From Antedon mediterranea (taxonomy: Eukaryota; Animalia; Echinodermata): a stretch of DNA of 64,000 bases. The notes beneath the pieces are model-generated. The model saw only the letters and a list, made by a program, of their open reading frames with translations, was not told the origin of the DNA and did no database searches. Shown here one piece after another: positions 12,089-24,300 of the stretch; position 1 is the first letter of the stretch; each line of letters begins with the position of its first letter. The position numbers and the translations under genes were made by a program. The stretch lies in NCBI RefSeq assembly GCF_964355755.1, contig NC_092678.1:5038422-5102421 (forward strand). The letters are read 5' to 3'.

Positions 12089-14124
12089 ATGGTAAGCATA
12101 ATACTTTTTACTTTAATAAGCTTTCCCAATTTTATGAAAATGAAAAATGTAATTTAAACCCAATAAATTGAATGGTTTTGTCTAGGCCTTCCGTGTGTAG
12201 GCTAGACAACGAGTGATTTGAATTGATAAAGGTGGACTCGAGAGGGTTCTCTGCGGGTGCAATCACATAGGTAAAATGGAGATCAAAGTATTATTTGTAG
12301 GCCTATACTAATTAAATTAATATGTTTTTACTTTTCAGGCTAGAAATTCCGAAAAGGCTATGTAAGTATAAATCATTAAATGTTTAAAAAAAAAATTAAA
12401 TAATTTGAATTGAAAAAAACAAGAAAAGTATACGACTACGTTAATAAAATACAACAAATATGATTTTAGATTGAACATTTTATTTTTATTTGCTTATGTT
12501 TTAGGACCACCCTGGCTAGGTGGCGTGCTGCAAATCTAGGAGAAGTTGCAGTGAAAGAGCGACGACCGTACCTTGCAACAGAATGCGATGATCTTCACAT
12601 GGCGGAGAAATGGAGGAGGCAAATAATCGGAGAAGTTTCAAGAAAAGTGGCACAAATACAAAATGGTAAATCACGACACATGCGTCCAAATGGCAGGCAG
12701 TCAATTTGTGGAAATGCTTATTTTGATTTGTTTTAAACTAACAAAAACCAATTTTTTGTTTAATAAATTTTTCAGCTGGTCTTGGAGAATTTAAGATTCG
12801 AGACATGAATGATGAAATTAACAAGTTACTGCGTGAGAAAGGTCATTGGGAGGTCAGAATTGTGGAGCTTGGAGGACCAGATTATAAGGTATTAATATTG
12901 ATTTTAACTCGTTCTATAGAAATACTTTTTTTAATGAATAATTTTAAAACATTCTTTTACTTGTTTTATTTTCATTTTTTAGAAAGTAGGACCAAAAATG
13001 CTGGATCATGAGGGGAAAGAGGTGCCTGGAAACAGAGGCTATAAATATTTTGGAGCAGCCAGAGATTTGCCAGGTGTGAGGGAGCTGTTTGAACAAGCAG
13101 GTAACTAGCTATCCACTAGTACAGAATTAATATATAGAAACCACAGAAATACAAGAAAGCTATATTTATTTAAGAAAACTAAGAATTCAAAAACACACAA
13201 AACTTGATTATTAGAATAAAAATTTTAAATAAAAATAAACAAATTGAATTTACTTTCTGAAATAGCGCCAGTAGCACCAAGAAAAACGAGATCAGAAATC
13301 ATGAAATACATCAATGCTGATTACTATGGTTACCGAGATGAAGATGATGGTGTTTTGGTACCACTAGAGTTGGAGCACGAAAAAGCAAGTAAGTAAACAT
13401 CTTAAGTAGTTAAGTAGTTATGTGGCAAAAAATGTGTGATGATATATGGACATGATGATGACATATCACTACCACAGTTTGGCATATCACTACCATATTT
13501 GGGCATATCACCACCATATTTGGAAACTGTCGTCAAAATATGAATTCTAATACCATTTTAATTGTTTGAATTTTGCTTTAGTAATTGAGGCAGCCGTCTC
13601 TGAATGGACTTCCAAGAAAGAGGCAGGTCTCCTAGGCAACATTGCAAATGAAGAGGATGATATTTATGCAGTTGCTCCTGAAGAGAACGTGGGTATCAGT
13701 GACATCATAATCTATTCAATTTCAATGTCAAAATCATTATTATCGCTGTACAATCTGTTTTAGTTTAATCTTAATATTACTTTCTATTCTATATCTTATT
13801 TAAAGTCAGATGATGAGAAAATGGAATCGGAACAGGCGGCCACAGATGAAGAGCAGCCTAGATACGTTGCTCATGTGCCGGTCCCATCACAGAAAGATGT
13901 AAGTAATAGAAATCGGCCATCAACATTACTGTAGAGAAAGTGTGTGTGATTCCTATCCTATCTTTTATCCCAGTCTCATATTTCATGTGTGTGATTCCTA
14001 TCTTCCAATACAGGTTGAAGAAGCCTTGTTAAGGCGAAGAAAACAAGAGTTGTTTGAACGATACACAAGTGAAACATTGATGGCACAGAGTGACGAAGCA
14101 AAGGCGTTAATGGGTCTGACATGA
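12089..14124 (+). CDS. ISY1: Pre-mRNA splicing factor ISY1, 9 coding exons
   Basis: Exons 12089-12091, 12339-12361, 12505-12665, 12776-12888, 12983-13100, 13266-13388, 13582-13688, 13806-13898, 14014-14124. Peptides [80 protein letters not shown] match ISY1. Confidence 0.95.
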
Positions 14125-15379
14125 AGAGGACGATATGTCACGAACAATAGTAACAGAGTTTGAGAAAGACATTCTATAAGTACCAGATAACACTGTATTA
14201 AAACAATAATAGAAGATTGATACAAAGGATGGATCCATTTGAAGACATACTGTGTACTGATTAAACAGCATTACAGTACTGTACTGAATTATCGAATATA
14301 ATAATTGGATCCACTGTATGTATATACATTCCACATACTGCACCTGTTTGTTAGCTAGAAGGCGTTGGAAAGATAACAATCAATGTAGTGACTGACAGAT
14401 AGCAGTCAACAAGTTGTATCATCATAGGAAAACAGGAATAAATTGTACAGTACAAGTGAATATCATAGAATACTACAACACTGCCCTCAATGTCTATAAA
14501 ATTAGTAGATTACTTTTATTGCGTATCCGGATTAACCTCTAAATCTCTTGATCTACCAGTAAAGGCCATCATGCAGATAGATTCCTTTTAATATACAATA
14601 TAATGGTAATTACATATCGTGAAATAGATACTGTATTTGACCATTGAATAAGGCAAGGAGTTATTATAGGACTGTAATAGATAATAGCAATGTCCCATTA
14701 GTGTTGCTTACAATGCCTGTTTTCTATATATTTTGTATCCATCGAATGATATATAGTAGTAATATACTGTATATTGATTTATTATTAAATGATTTTTGAT
14801 AACAAAATTAGTGTTTATTTTTATTGTTTACCTTAGCTAGCTAGCCCTGAATTTCACCTAGCATAGTATTTACTATTTTGTAAATACATTTGGAAAATAT
14901 GTATATATTTAGAATCAACATTGTCATTACGAATGAGGGTACGTTTATTGTTAATACATACATACTTAAAATAACGCTTGTCATTGTTACAACTATTAGT
15001 GAAAACAAAAGTGTAGTTTGGTCATGAGATTTGTTTGTCATGTGTTACCAAGTTGTTTACATTGCTCACAATATTTCCTGACCTTATTGAAACTTTTATA
15101 TAAATATATATATATATATGCTTAATCATTCCATGAATTTTAGTATAATCCTGGTTATCGTTTATTAACTAACTACCAAAAATTACCTATCATGCTTTGT
15201 TTACAATCATACAAGTTCCGTGATGGATAAACGTACCCATTGATGAGAACTGCTGTTAATCACATGTTTTGTCACGCGCGTTCCTATTGGTCACACCTAC
15301 CTTGACGTCATAAATTTTCATGAAAAAAGACTTACAGCTGAGCAAGATCGATGTGCGAAGCAATGCTGAGGTGTTGGTG

Positions 15380-18300
15380 ATGGCAACCGCTCTAGAAAAC
15401 CTCCTTGTGAAAGGCCTAAACAAGTTGTTACGACCGGTAAATTGCACAGTAGTTGGAAGTAACCATAGCAGAACATGTTTCAATGGGAATTTCGAAAGGC
15501 GGGTTAGTATCTGTGCTTATTTCGTAAAGTAACATTCGCTAACCTGTTAGCCGCTTACTTAGCGATGTCAACCCGGTAGTACACTCGGTCGACTCACGTT
15601 TTCGTACTGTGTGATTGGTGTTAGGCTGCTTAGCACCGGTGCTTAAACCGTTATACCTCCATGCTTAAACTATCAATCATTATCATGTATGGTATTTTGT
15701 CCGCATTTTGTTACGTTTATGGTTGTACATCAAATCAATGTTGATTTATTTATGTTTAAAGTGGTTTTTATCATATCTTCAGATATTATTAAAAATAAAT
15801 AATATTTATATAATTTTTATACTTGAAATTTTTTGAAAGGAATATTAAACACCATTTAAAAGAGCATAAGCAAAGAGGAAATAAATGAATTCTTTTGATA
15901 TTATAATTCGCTATCTATACAGTAATGTTCTGTGTAGTATATACTGTAATTAATTGCTAAATTAACATAATATAATAATATAAATATAACTTAAATCTTA
16001 AATTAAATAGTAAATACATTTATACAAAATATCTTTTATAATATAATAATTAATAGTTATTTGATTTAATAATATTTTTTATTTATTTTTTTTCTGATTC
16101 CAGCATGAGCCTTCATTTGGGCTTCTGTTTGACATTGACGGGGTGCTATGCCGCGGTCAACAAGTTCTACCAGAAGCGACCAGCGCTTTCAAAAAGCTGC
16201 GAGATCGTCACGGCAAACTACGCGTACCCGTCGTATTTGTGACGAATGCAGGGAATTGTCTGAGGCAGACCAAAGCCGAACAGCTGTCAGATATGCTTCA
16301 GTTTAAGGTATTATTATCAAAGATATGTGCCTCTTGTTATTAGTGTGGGGCGGTGGGAATAAATAAGAATAAAAATTTTTCCTTTACTGATATTTATATC
16401 CCCTTTTTCCTAAAAAAACCCAATAAAATAGTGAAAATAAATAAATAATCTAGAACAAGATTGTAGATTTGGTTGTAAACATTATCATGTACCCATGACA
16501 TACAACAGATTGTAGTGTCCACTTGAAAAGGACTATAGAACATTAACAAAGAGAAACTGATTTAGAATGTCAATTGAGATAGTGAATAAATTAATATTAA
16601 AGAGAGATGAGGAAACGAAAATAAATAGTGTACTGTTATTTACACTGTGGGATTTGCATGTCTGAATGGGTGCTTAATATATGACTCACAGGTAATCCAG
16701 GTTTAGAGAATTTAAAGATAAAGAAATATGTATTTGATTTGATGATCAAAAGCAATTATGCGGCGTTTTTAAATTAATTTATTATGAGATACAACCAGTG
16801 GATTTGGCTAGAAAAGTTTTAAAAAGTTGAGGGTAGGTTGGGAAAAAATAAACAATAGTTTCAGATTGGTTGAATTCTATGGGTGTTCACGCCTCCCTGC
16901 ACCCAGCATAACAACATACCTCCATGCATTGATTTACTTTCTGTACCCCATATGTACTACAGTATTGTTATGATCATATATTAATTCATTTTACTTAAAT
17001 ACTTGTTGTGGTTTACATTTCAGATATCTTCAGATCAAGTTGTCATGTCCCATAGTCCTTTAAAGATGTGTCGTCATTTACATGATAAGCATATACTTGT
17101 TTCTGGTCAAGGACCAGTGAGAGATATAGCAAAGGGGTAAGGTCTATACCAATTGAACAAAGTTAACATTAAGTTAGTACTTAAGGACCAGTGAGAGATA
17201 TAGCAAAGGTGTAAGGTTTATACCAATTGAACAAAGTTAATATTAAGTTAGTACTTAAGGACCAGTGAGAGATATAGCCAAGGTGTAAGGTTTATACCAA
17301 TTGAACAAAGTTAACATTAAGTTAGTACTTAAGGAACAGTGAGAGAAAGGTACAGATGAAGAATATGGCAATGAGTTAGACTGCTTGAATTAACTTAGCG
17401 TGCAATAACTATTTAAACCATAGATATTTTTATATAACACCTATATAAATTCCTGTCATTTGATTGGACGAATGTGGGTCACATGGCGTGCAATAGTACG
17501 CACTATTCAACGATCGCTAAATAGTACTTTTTGAAACATTTTTGTGTACGAAAAAAAAACGTCTAGATGTTATATAAAACAAATAATGAATGTTTTGTAT
17601 TCGTGTAATGGTACAAATAATGGCACTTGGTGAATGATGAAAGGTTATATCAACTCGGCTTTGCCTCGTTGATATAACCTTTCATCATTCACCTCGTGCC
17701 ATTATTTGTACCATTGCACTCATAAACATTCATTATTTTTATAATATACAGCAGTAATAACATAGATAGTGCATTAAGCATATTCTTACTTTTCTTTAGA
17801 CTTGGTTTCCATAAGATTACAACAGTTGATGAACTACGTGACTTGTACCCACATCTTGATTGCGTTGACCATTCCAGGCGGAGAATGCTGCAGAAGGTAA
17901 CAACTCATTTGAATAATAATAATAACCTTATTTGAAATAACAGTGGCACAAACCAAGCCTCTATATCCATTAACGCTCTGTCTACACTATCAAAGTTTAT
18001 GTGACAAAAAATGTGATGTGCCCATATATGGACATGATGATGTCATATCACTACCATATTTGAGCATATCATTACCATATTTGAGCATATCATTACCATA
18101 TTTAGGCATATCAATACCATAATTGGGCAAATCACACTTTTTTGTCAAACTAGTTTGATAGTGTGGATAGAGCTTTAAGCTCATTTTTACTTAATCTATG
18201 TTGACTGCGGGCATTGAACGTAGTAAAATTATTAAATTTTAAAATTAAAATTTGTTCAAATGTGATTTTATAGCATATAAAAGAAAAACAAATTGATCAC

Positions 18301-21300
18301 CCTCAAATCGATGCTGTTGTATTATTTGGAGAACCAGTGAAGTGGGAGCGTAGCCTACAGCTTGTGATTGACACAGTGTTAACGAATGGTGACCTCAACA
18401 GCAAGCCTTACCAAGTGCCTAAGAGACATCTACCAGTTATTGCATGCAATGTGGACTTGTTGTGGATGGCAGAAGCACATTTACCAAGGTAATTTTTAGT
18501 ATCTAAAGCTCTGTCCACTATCAAACTTTATGTGACAAAAGAATGTGATTTGCCCATACATGGACATGATGATGTCATATCACTACCATATTATAAGCAT
18601 ATCACTACCATATATGGGCACATCACACTTTGTTGTCACATAAAGTTTGATAGTGTAGACAGATTTTTACTTATTGTAACCGCTCTACACACAACACAAA
18701 AGATTATCGACTTAGGGTTGAGGTGAGCGGGGTTCGAGTTGATTGGGGCAGCGGCACTAGACACACATAGATAATAAATAAAAGAGTACACAATAGTTGG
18801 CTTATAGTAGATGTGTTATTATTCTAAATCGTAATACAATTTATACAATATGCGACTTATAATTAAGTATGCTTAAAGATTTAGATAACAAGTCAAACTT
18901 AAGTTTGTTGACAACTGGCAGTGGTCGAGCTTGTCCCCTTTTTGGTGTGATAAACCCGTTCGAAGTTTGATGCTTATACACTCCACCGATTCCCTCGTCT
19001 GGCTGTGGACTTTACACACAGAATCCAACTTGGGCAATCTTCCCTCAACCTGAATTTGTTGAGCAAGGAATAAGTGTAAATACAACTTCTTTCAGAACGT
19101 ACAAAAAGTATCAGGGAGGACCTGACTGCTCTCAATAGATTTAGAGTTGAGTTGTGTACTACGGTAGCCTTTTTGTATTTAATTCCTATAACTACAGAAT
19201 TCTCTATACAGGCTTCATTCAAGGATAATTTAGGATTAGCTAATAAATCATAGCCTAGTGAGTATATAATGACAGGGTCTTATTACTACACTCTAACTTA
19301 CATATAAACATACAATCAATACGATATAAGGTGGTCAAACATATAGTACATATTTACAATATATCAAGTTGTATCTAAGATAATAAATTCATTGCTGGAC
19401 AACGAGCAATGATAAACATAAAAGTAGTATCCTATATGTAGTTAACAAGTACAACTAAAGGACTTAGCTATGTTACTTACGCTACAAAATAATAAGTTTA
19501 TGTTGGTTATCTTACCTGAATTTGTTGAGCAAGGAATAAGTGTAAATACAACTTCTTTCAGAACGTACAAAAAGTATCAGGGAGGACCTGACTGCTCTCA
19601 ATAGATTTAGAGTTGAGTTGTGATTTTTCCCAACTCTGCAGTCTTTTTTATATGTCTTGGCCCCACCCTGTTGTTCCGAAATACATTCCTGGACCATTAT
19701 CTAATGGTAGATGATGGTGGCCCTATTTCCTTATTTGGAGTTTGATCAGCTAATAGTTTATCCTTAAAATAATTAGCTCATACTTAAAGTATGTTGGTCA
19801 GTACTTTCTTTGTTTGTAAGGAAGTAGGAATGTGTAAATGTTGCAATTTCCTTGGACTGGCACACTTTTGTGGCCTGGGTTACCCTTCATCTTCTTAGAC
19901 TGGCACACTTTTGTGGCCTGGGTTACCCTTCATCTTCTTAGACTGGCACACTTTTGTGGCCTGGGTTACCCTTCATCTTCTTTGACTGGCCTACTTTTGT
20001 AGCCTGGGTTACCCTTCATCTTCTTTGACTGGCCTACTTTTGTAGCCTGGGTTACCCTTCATCTTCTTAGACTGGCACACTTTTGTGGCCTGGGTTACCC
20101 TTCATCTTCTTTGACTGGCCTACTTTTGTAGCCTGGGTTACCCTTCATCTTCTTTGACTGGCCTACTTTTGTAGCCTGGGTTACCCTTCATCTTCTTTGA
20201 CTGGCCTACTTTTGTAGCCTGGGTTACCCTTCATCTTCTTAGACTGGCACACTTTTGTGGCCTGGGTTACCCTTCATCTTCTTTGACTGGCCTACTTTTG
20301 TAGCCTGGGTTACCCTTCATCTTCTTTGACTGGCCTACTTTTGTAGCCTGGGTTACCCTTCATCTTCTTAGACTGGCACACTTTTGTGGCCTGGGTTACC
20401 CTTCATCTTCTTTGACTGGCCTACTTTTGTAGCCTGGGTTACCCTTCATCTTCTTTGACTGGCCTACTTTTGTAGCCTGGGTTACCCTTCATCTTCTTTG
20501 ACTGGCCTACTTTTGTAGCCTGGGTTACCCTTCATCTTCTTAGACTGGCACACTTTTGTGGCCTGGGTTACCCTTCATCTTCTTTGACTGGCCTACTTTT
20601 GTAGCCTGGGTTACCCTTCATCTTCTTTGACTGGCCTACTTTTGTAGCCTGGGTTACCCTTCATCTTCTTAGACTGGCACACTTTTGTGGCCTGGGTTAC
20701 CCTTCATCTTCTTTGACTGGCCTACTTTTGTAGCCTGGGTTACACTCACCCTGCCAAAATATTCGTCCGTCCCCGGACGACGCTCAACAAACTCAATGGT
20801 AACCAACATTTACATTAAAAATAGTGCTTAACTACGTCACCATTTAGTTTTTGATCGTAATTCACCTGTCTTAATACATAAAATATACAGTGAAAAAAAA
20901 TATTACATTGAAAAGGAATCAAAATTGGCGTGTATATATAAACATATAGTAAAAATAACATTATAAAATTAATTCGGCTTAGAGCCTCTTAAAAGTGATA
21001 ATTGAGATTGCATCATATCAGCAAACATTTGGTTTTGCATCCCAATGACTTGGACCACCATATTAGAAGTTGATGTAACTTGTTGGCCGGGAGCAAAATA
21101 ACCTAACCTTTCTGGCTGTGTTCTTAGCCGTTTAGGACGTAAGGTATCATCTGTATTAGCCTGTGGTTCGTGGACATCAGGTTGAATATCAGGCCCATTA
21201 TTAGCATTATCAATATTAACATTATCATTGTTGTCTAAATTATGAATAACAGCATCTTCGATATCATTAATATCATGGTTAACTATTACATCTTCCTCAT

Positions 21301-24300
21301 TGATCTGAGGTTCTATTTCGTTAACAATTGGGGTGTCAATAATAGTTTGAGCCACGTTTTGGTCATTACCCAGATTAGGAGGTATAGATGGATCTGTTGG
21401 TTGTTGAAGTGTGCGAACTGAATTTGGAATGTAATAATCTAAATCACTATCACTTGTTTCATGTCCAGATAGTTCTGGCTGTGGGACAGTTGACTTAGGC
21501 GTTTTGTGCCCTTGTCGAGTGACAGGCTTTCTCTGTCTTTGTTTTTCTTTAGTACCACTTTTAGGGGGAGTTTCCTTTGCTGTAGCAAACCTACATGGGA
21601 GTAGCATATTTCTATGCAATGTTCTAGTAGGACCATCACTATCTTCAGGTTCTATCTTGTACACAGGGTTGTCCCCTATTTGTTCCAAAACCACATAAAT
21701 AGTTTCTTCCCACCTATCAGCAAGTTTATGTTTACCCCTTAAGCGCACATTTTTTACTAGTACCCTATCACCCTTGCAAATAGTGCATTCACGCACTTTA
21801 CTATCATATCGGGCTTTATTGGCATTAGCTTTCTTGGTTGCCATTTCCTGGGCTAATTTGTGTGCTGTTTCTAGGCGATGTCGTAATTTGTCGGCATATC
21901 CCCTTGGAGAAAGTGAACCATTTTGATTTGGGTCAATACCTAGTTGGATGTCAATTGGGAGGCGGGCTTCTCTACCAAACATTAAATAATATGGGGACAT
22001 TCCCGTAGCATCATTCTTAGTACAATTGTATGCATGCACTAAGGGTGCAACATGGTCTCGCCAATGTTCTTTCTTTTGGTTTTCTAGAGTGCCTAGCATT
22101 TTAAGCAGGGTTTGGTTAAACCGTTCTACCTGACCATTACCCTGGGGATGGTATGGGGTTGTACGAGATTTTCTTACTCCTAAATATTTACATAAATCTT
22201 GGATAACTTTTGATTCGAAATCTCTGCCTTGATCTGAATGTAATTGTTTTGGAAAGCCATAATGTTGAAAGACATTATTCCACAGAGCTTTTGCTACTGT
22301 GGGGGCTTTTTGGTCCTTAGTTGGGATAGCAATAGCATATCTAGTGAAATGGTCAGTCACAACTAATACATTTCTAGTATCCTTAGAATCAGGTTCTATA
22401 GACAGAAAGTCAATACACATTAATTCCATAGGCATGGTGGTTCTGACACTAACTAGGGGGGCTGCTTTGGTAGCACGGGCCTTTCTTCGGACACATCGTT
22501 CACAACACCTACATTTATCTTCAATTTGGGAGGACATACGAGGCCAATAAAATCTGGATCGGGCAAGATCCAAGGTCCGTTCCATCCCAGGGTGACCAAT
22601 GTCATCATGTAAGCCAGTAAATGCTTTATCTCTATAAGCGGTTGGAAGTACTAATTGCAATTGCATAGCTCCGATATTATTTACAAATTGGCGGTATAGA
22701 ATATTATCTTTTACCAATAATTTATCAAACTGTCTCAGGAGTAGCCTAGTTTCCTCGGGTAATTTTGTGAGTTCATCTTGTGTAGGTTTCCGTTTGTTAT
22801 ATACAAATTTAAAAATAGGTTTTATATTAGGGTCTTGTTGTTGATGCTCTACCCACTCCGCTGCAGTAACATTAGGCAAGGTTGACTGCCCATCTATAGG
22901 CCTAATAGGGTTATCATAGATGGCGGGGATTGCATCAGGAGAATCACTAACTGACTCAACTAAGGGTGTTGTATCATTAGGTATAGTAGACTTATTAACT
23001 ATTTTAGCATTACAGACTGCTGTGAACGAACAGGATGAAAATTTTACTCTACCTAACACTTCGTCAGCTTTCTCTTGATATTGTTCGTATTCAAAGTCAT
23101 TGGAAGGGGGGTCATGTGGGCGACGACTAAGACCGTCTGCATCTTGATTGTTTCTACCTGCTTTGTATTTAATATCAAAGTTGTAATTGACCAGGGCGGC
23201 AAGCCACCTTTGACCTGTAGCGTCAAGCTTAGCTGTCGTCAACACGTACGTTAAGGGGTTATTATCGGTGTAAATTACAAATCGTTGACCATAAAGATAG
23301 TCAGTAAATTTCTCAGTCACAGCCCATTTTAGGGCAAGAAATTCTAATTTATGAGCAGGATAATTGGCTTCACTTTTGGATAACCCACGACTAGCATAGG
23401 CAATTACCCTCTTTATCCCATTTATCTCTTGATATAGGGCTGCACCTAACCCGCTTGTACTAGCGTCGGTATGTAGAATAAATGGTGAATTGTAGTCTGC
23501 GAATCCTAATATAGGGGCTGAAGACAATTTATCTATTAGTAAATCAAATGCCACCTGACATGATTCGGACCAGTTAGTACCAAATGGGGTATTAGGACTA
23601 GGGCGCCTGTCTGAGGGAGTATTGGATTTAGGTTTTTTGAACGTTTTACCTCGTTTACGTATTGGGTCATACTTAGTCATAAGTTGGTTTAATGGTTTGG
23701 CAATATGGCTATAATGCTGTATAAATCGTCGATAATAACCAGCAAAACCTAGAAATGATTTCAATTCTTTTACATTTGAGGGGCGGGGCCAAGATTTGAC
23801 AGCCTCTACCTTATCTGGGTCAGTGCTTACCCCATCCTCTGAAATGACATGGCCCAAGCACTTAATGGAAGTTTGGGCAAAATTGCACTTGTCTGGATTT
23901 AGTTTCAAGCCATACTCTTCAAGCCTAGATAATACTTTGTCTAACTTAGCTAGGTGTTCGTCTAGTGTGGTTGAAAAAACTAGTAAGTCATCTAAATAAA
24001 CTAGAACGTCGGAAAATGTTAACTCCCCCATGCACTTCTCCATTAGTCGCTGGAAGGTGGCGGGGGCATTAGTGATCCCTTGGGGCATTCGGTTAAATTC
24101 ATAGAATCCCAATGGGCACCAAAATGCAGTTTTTGCTTTATCCTCCTCAGCCATTTCAATTTGGTAATAGCCTGATTTGAGGTCAAGACATGAGAACCAT
24201 TTGGCACCACGTAAGGTTGTAAGGGCATCTTCAATGTTGGGGACGTTGTATTGGTCCCTAACCGTCCTAGAATTTAGAAGTCTGTAATCTATACATAATC

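Larger units (their letters stand above)
18675..20744 (-). repeat. LTR1 (3'-most in element orientation), 2070 bp
   Basis: 1180-bp constant part plus 20 full 43-bp units and one 30-bp partial unit (19855-20744). Confidence 0.95.

Noticed and set aside
18873-19697. Short LTR ORFs (61-82 aa) as env or accessory genes
   Set aside because: Short, no signal peptide or transmembrane segment; their shared peptide just reflects the 109-bp duplication.
19855-20744. CRISPR-like array of hairpin repeats
   Set aside because: Units are contiguous with no unique spacers, there are no cas genes, and the context is a eukaryotic LTR.
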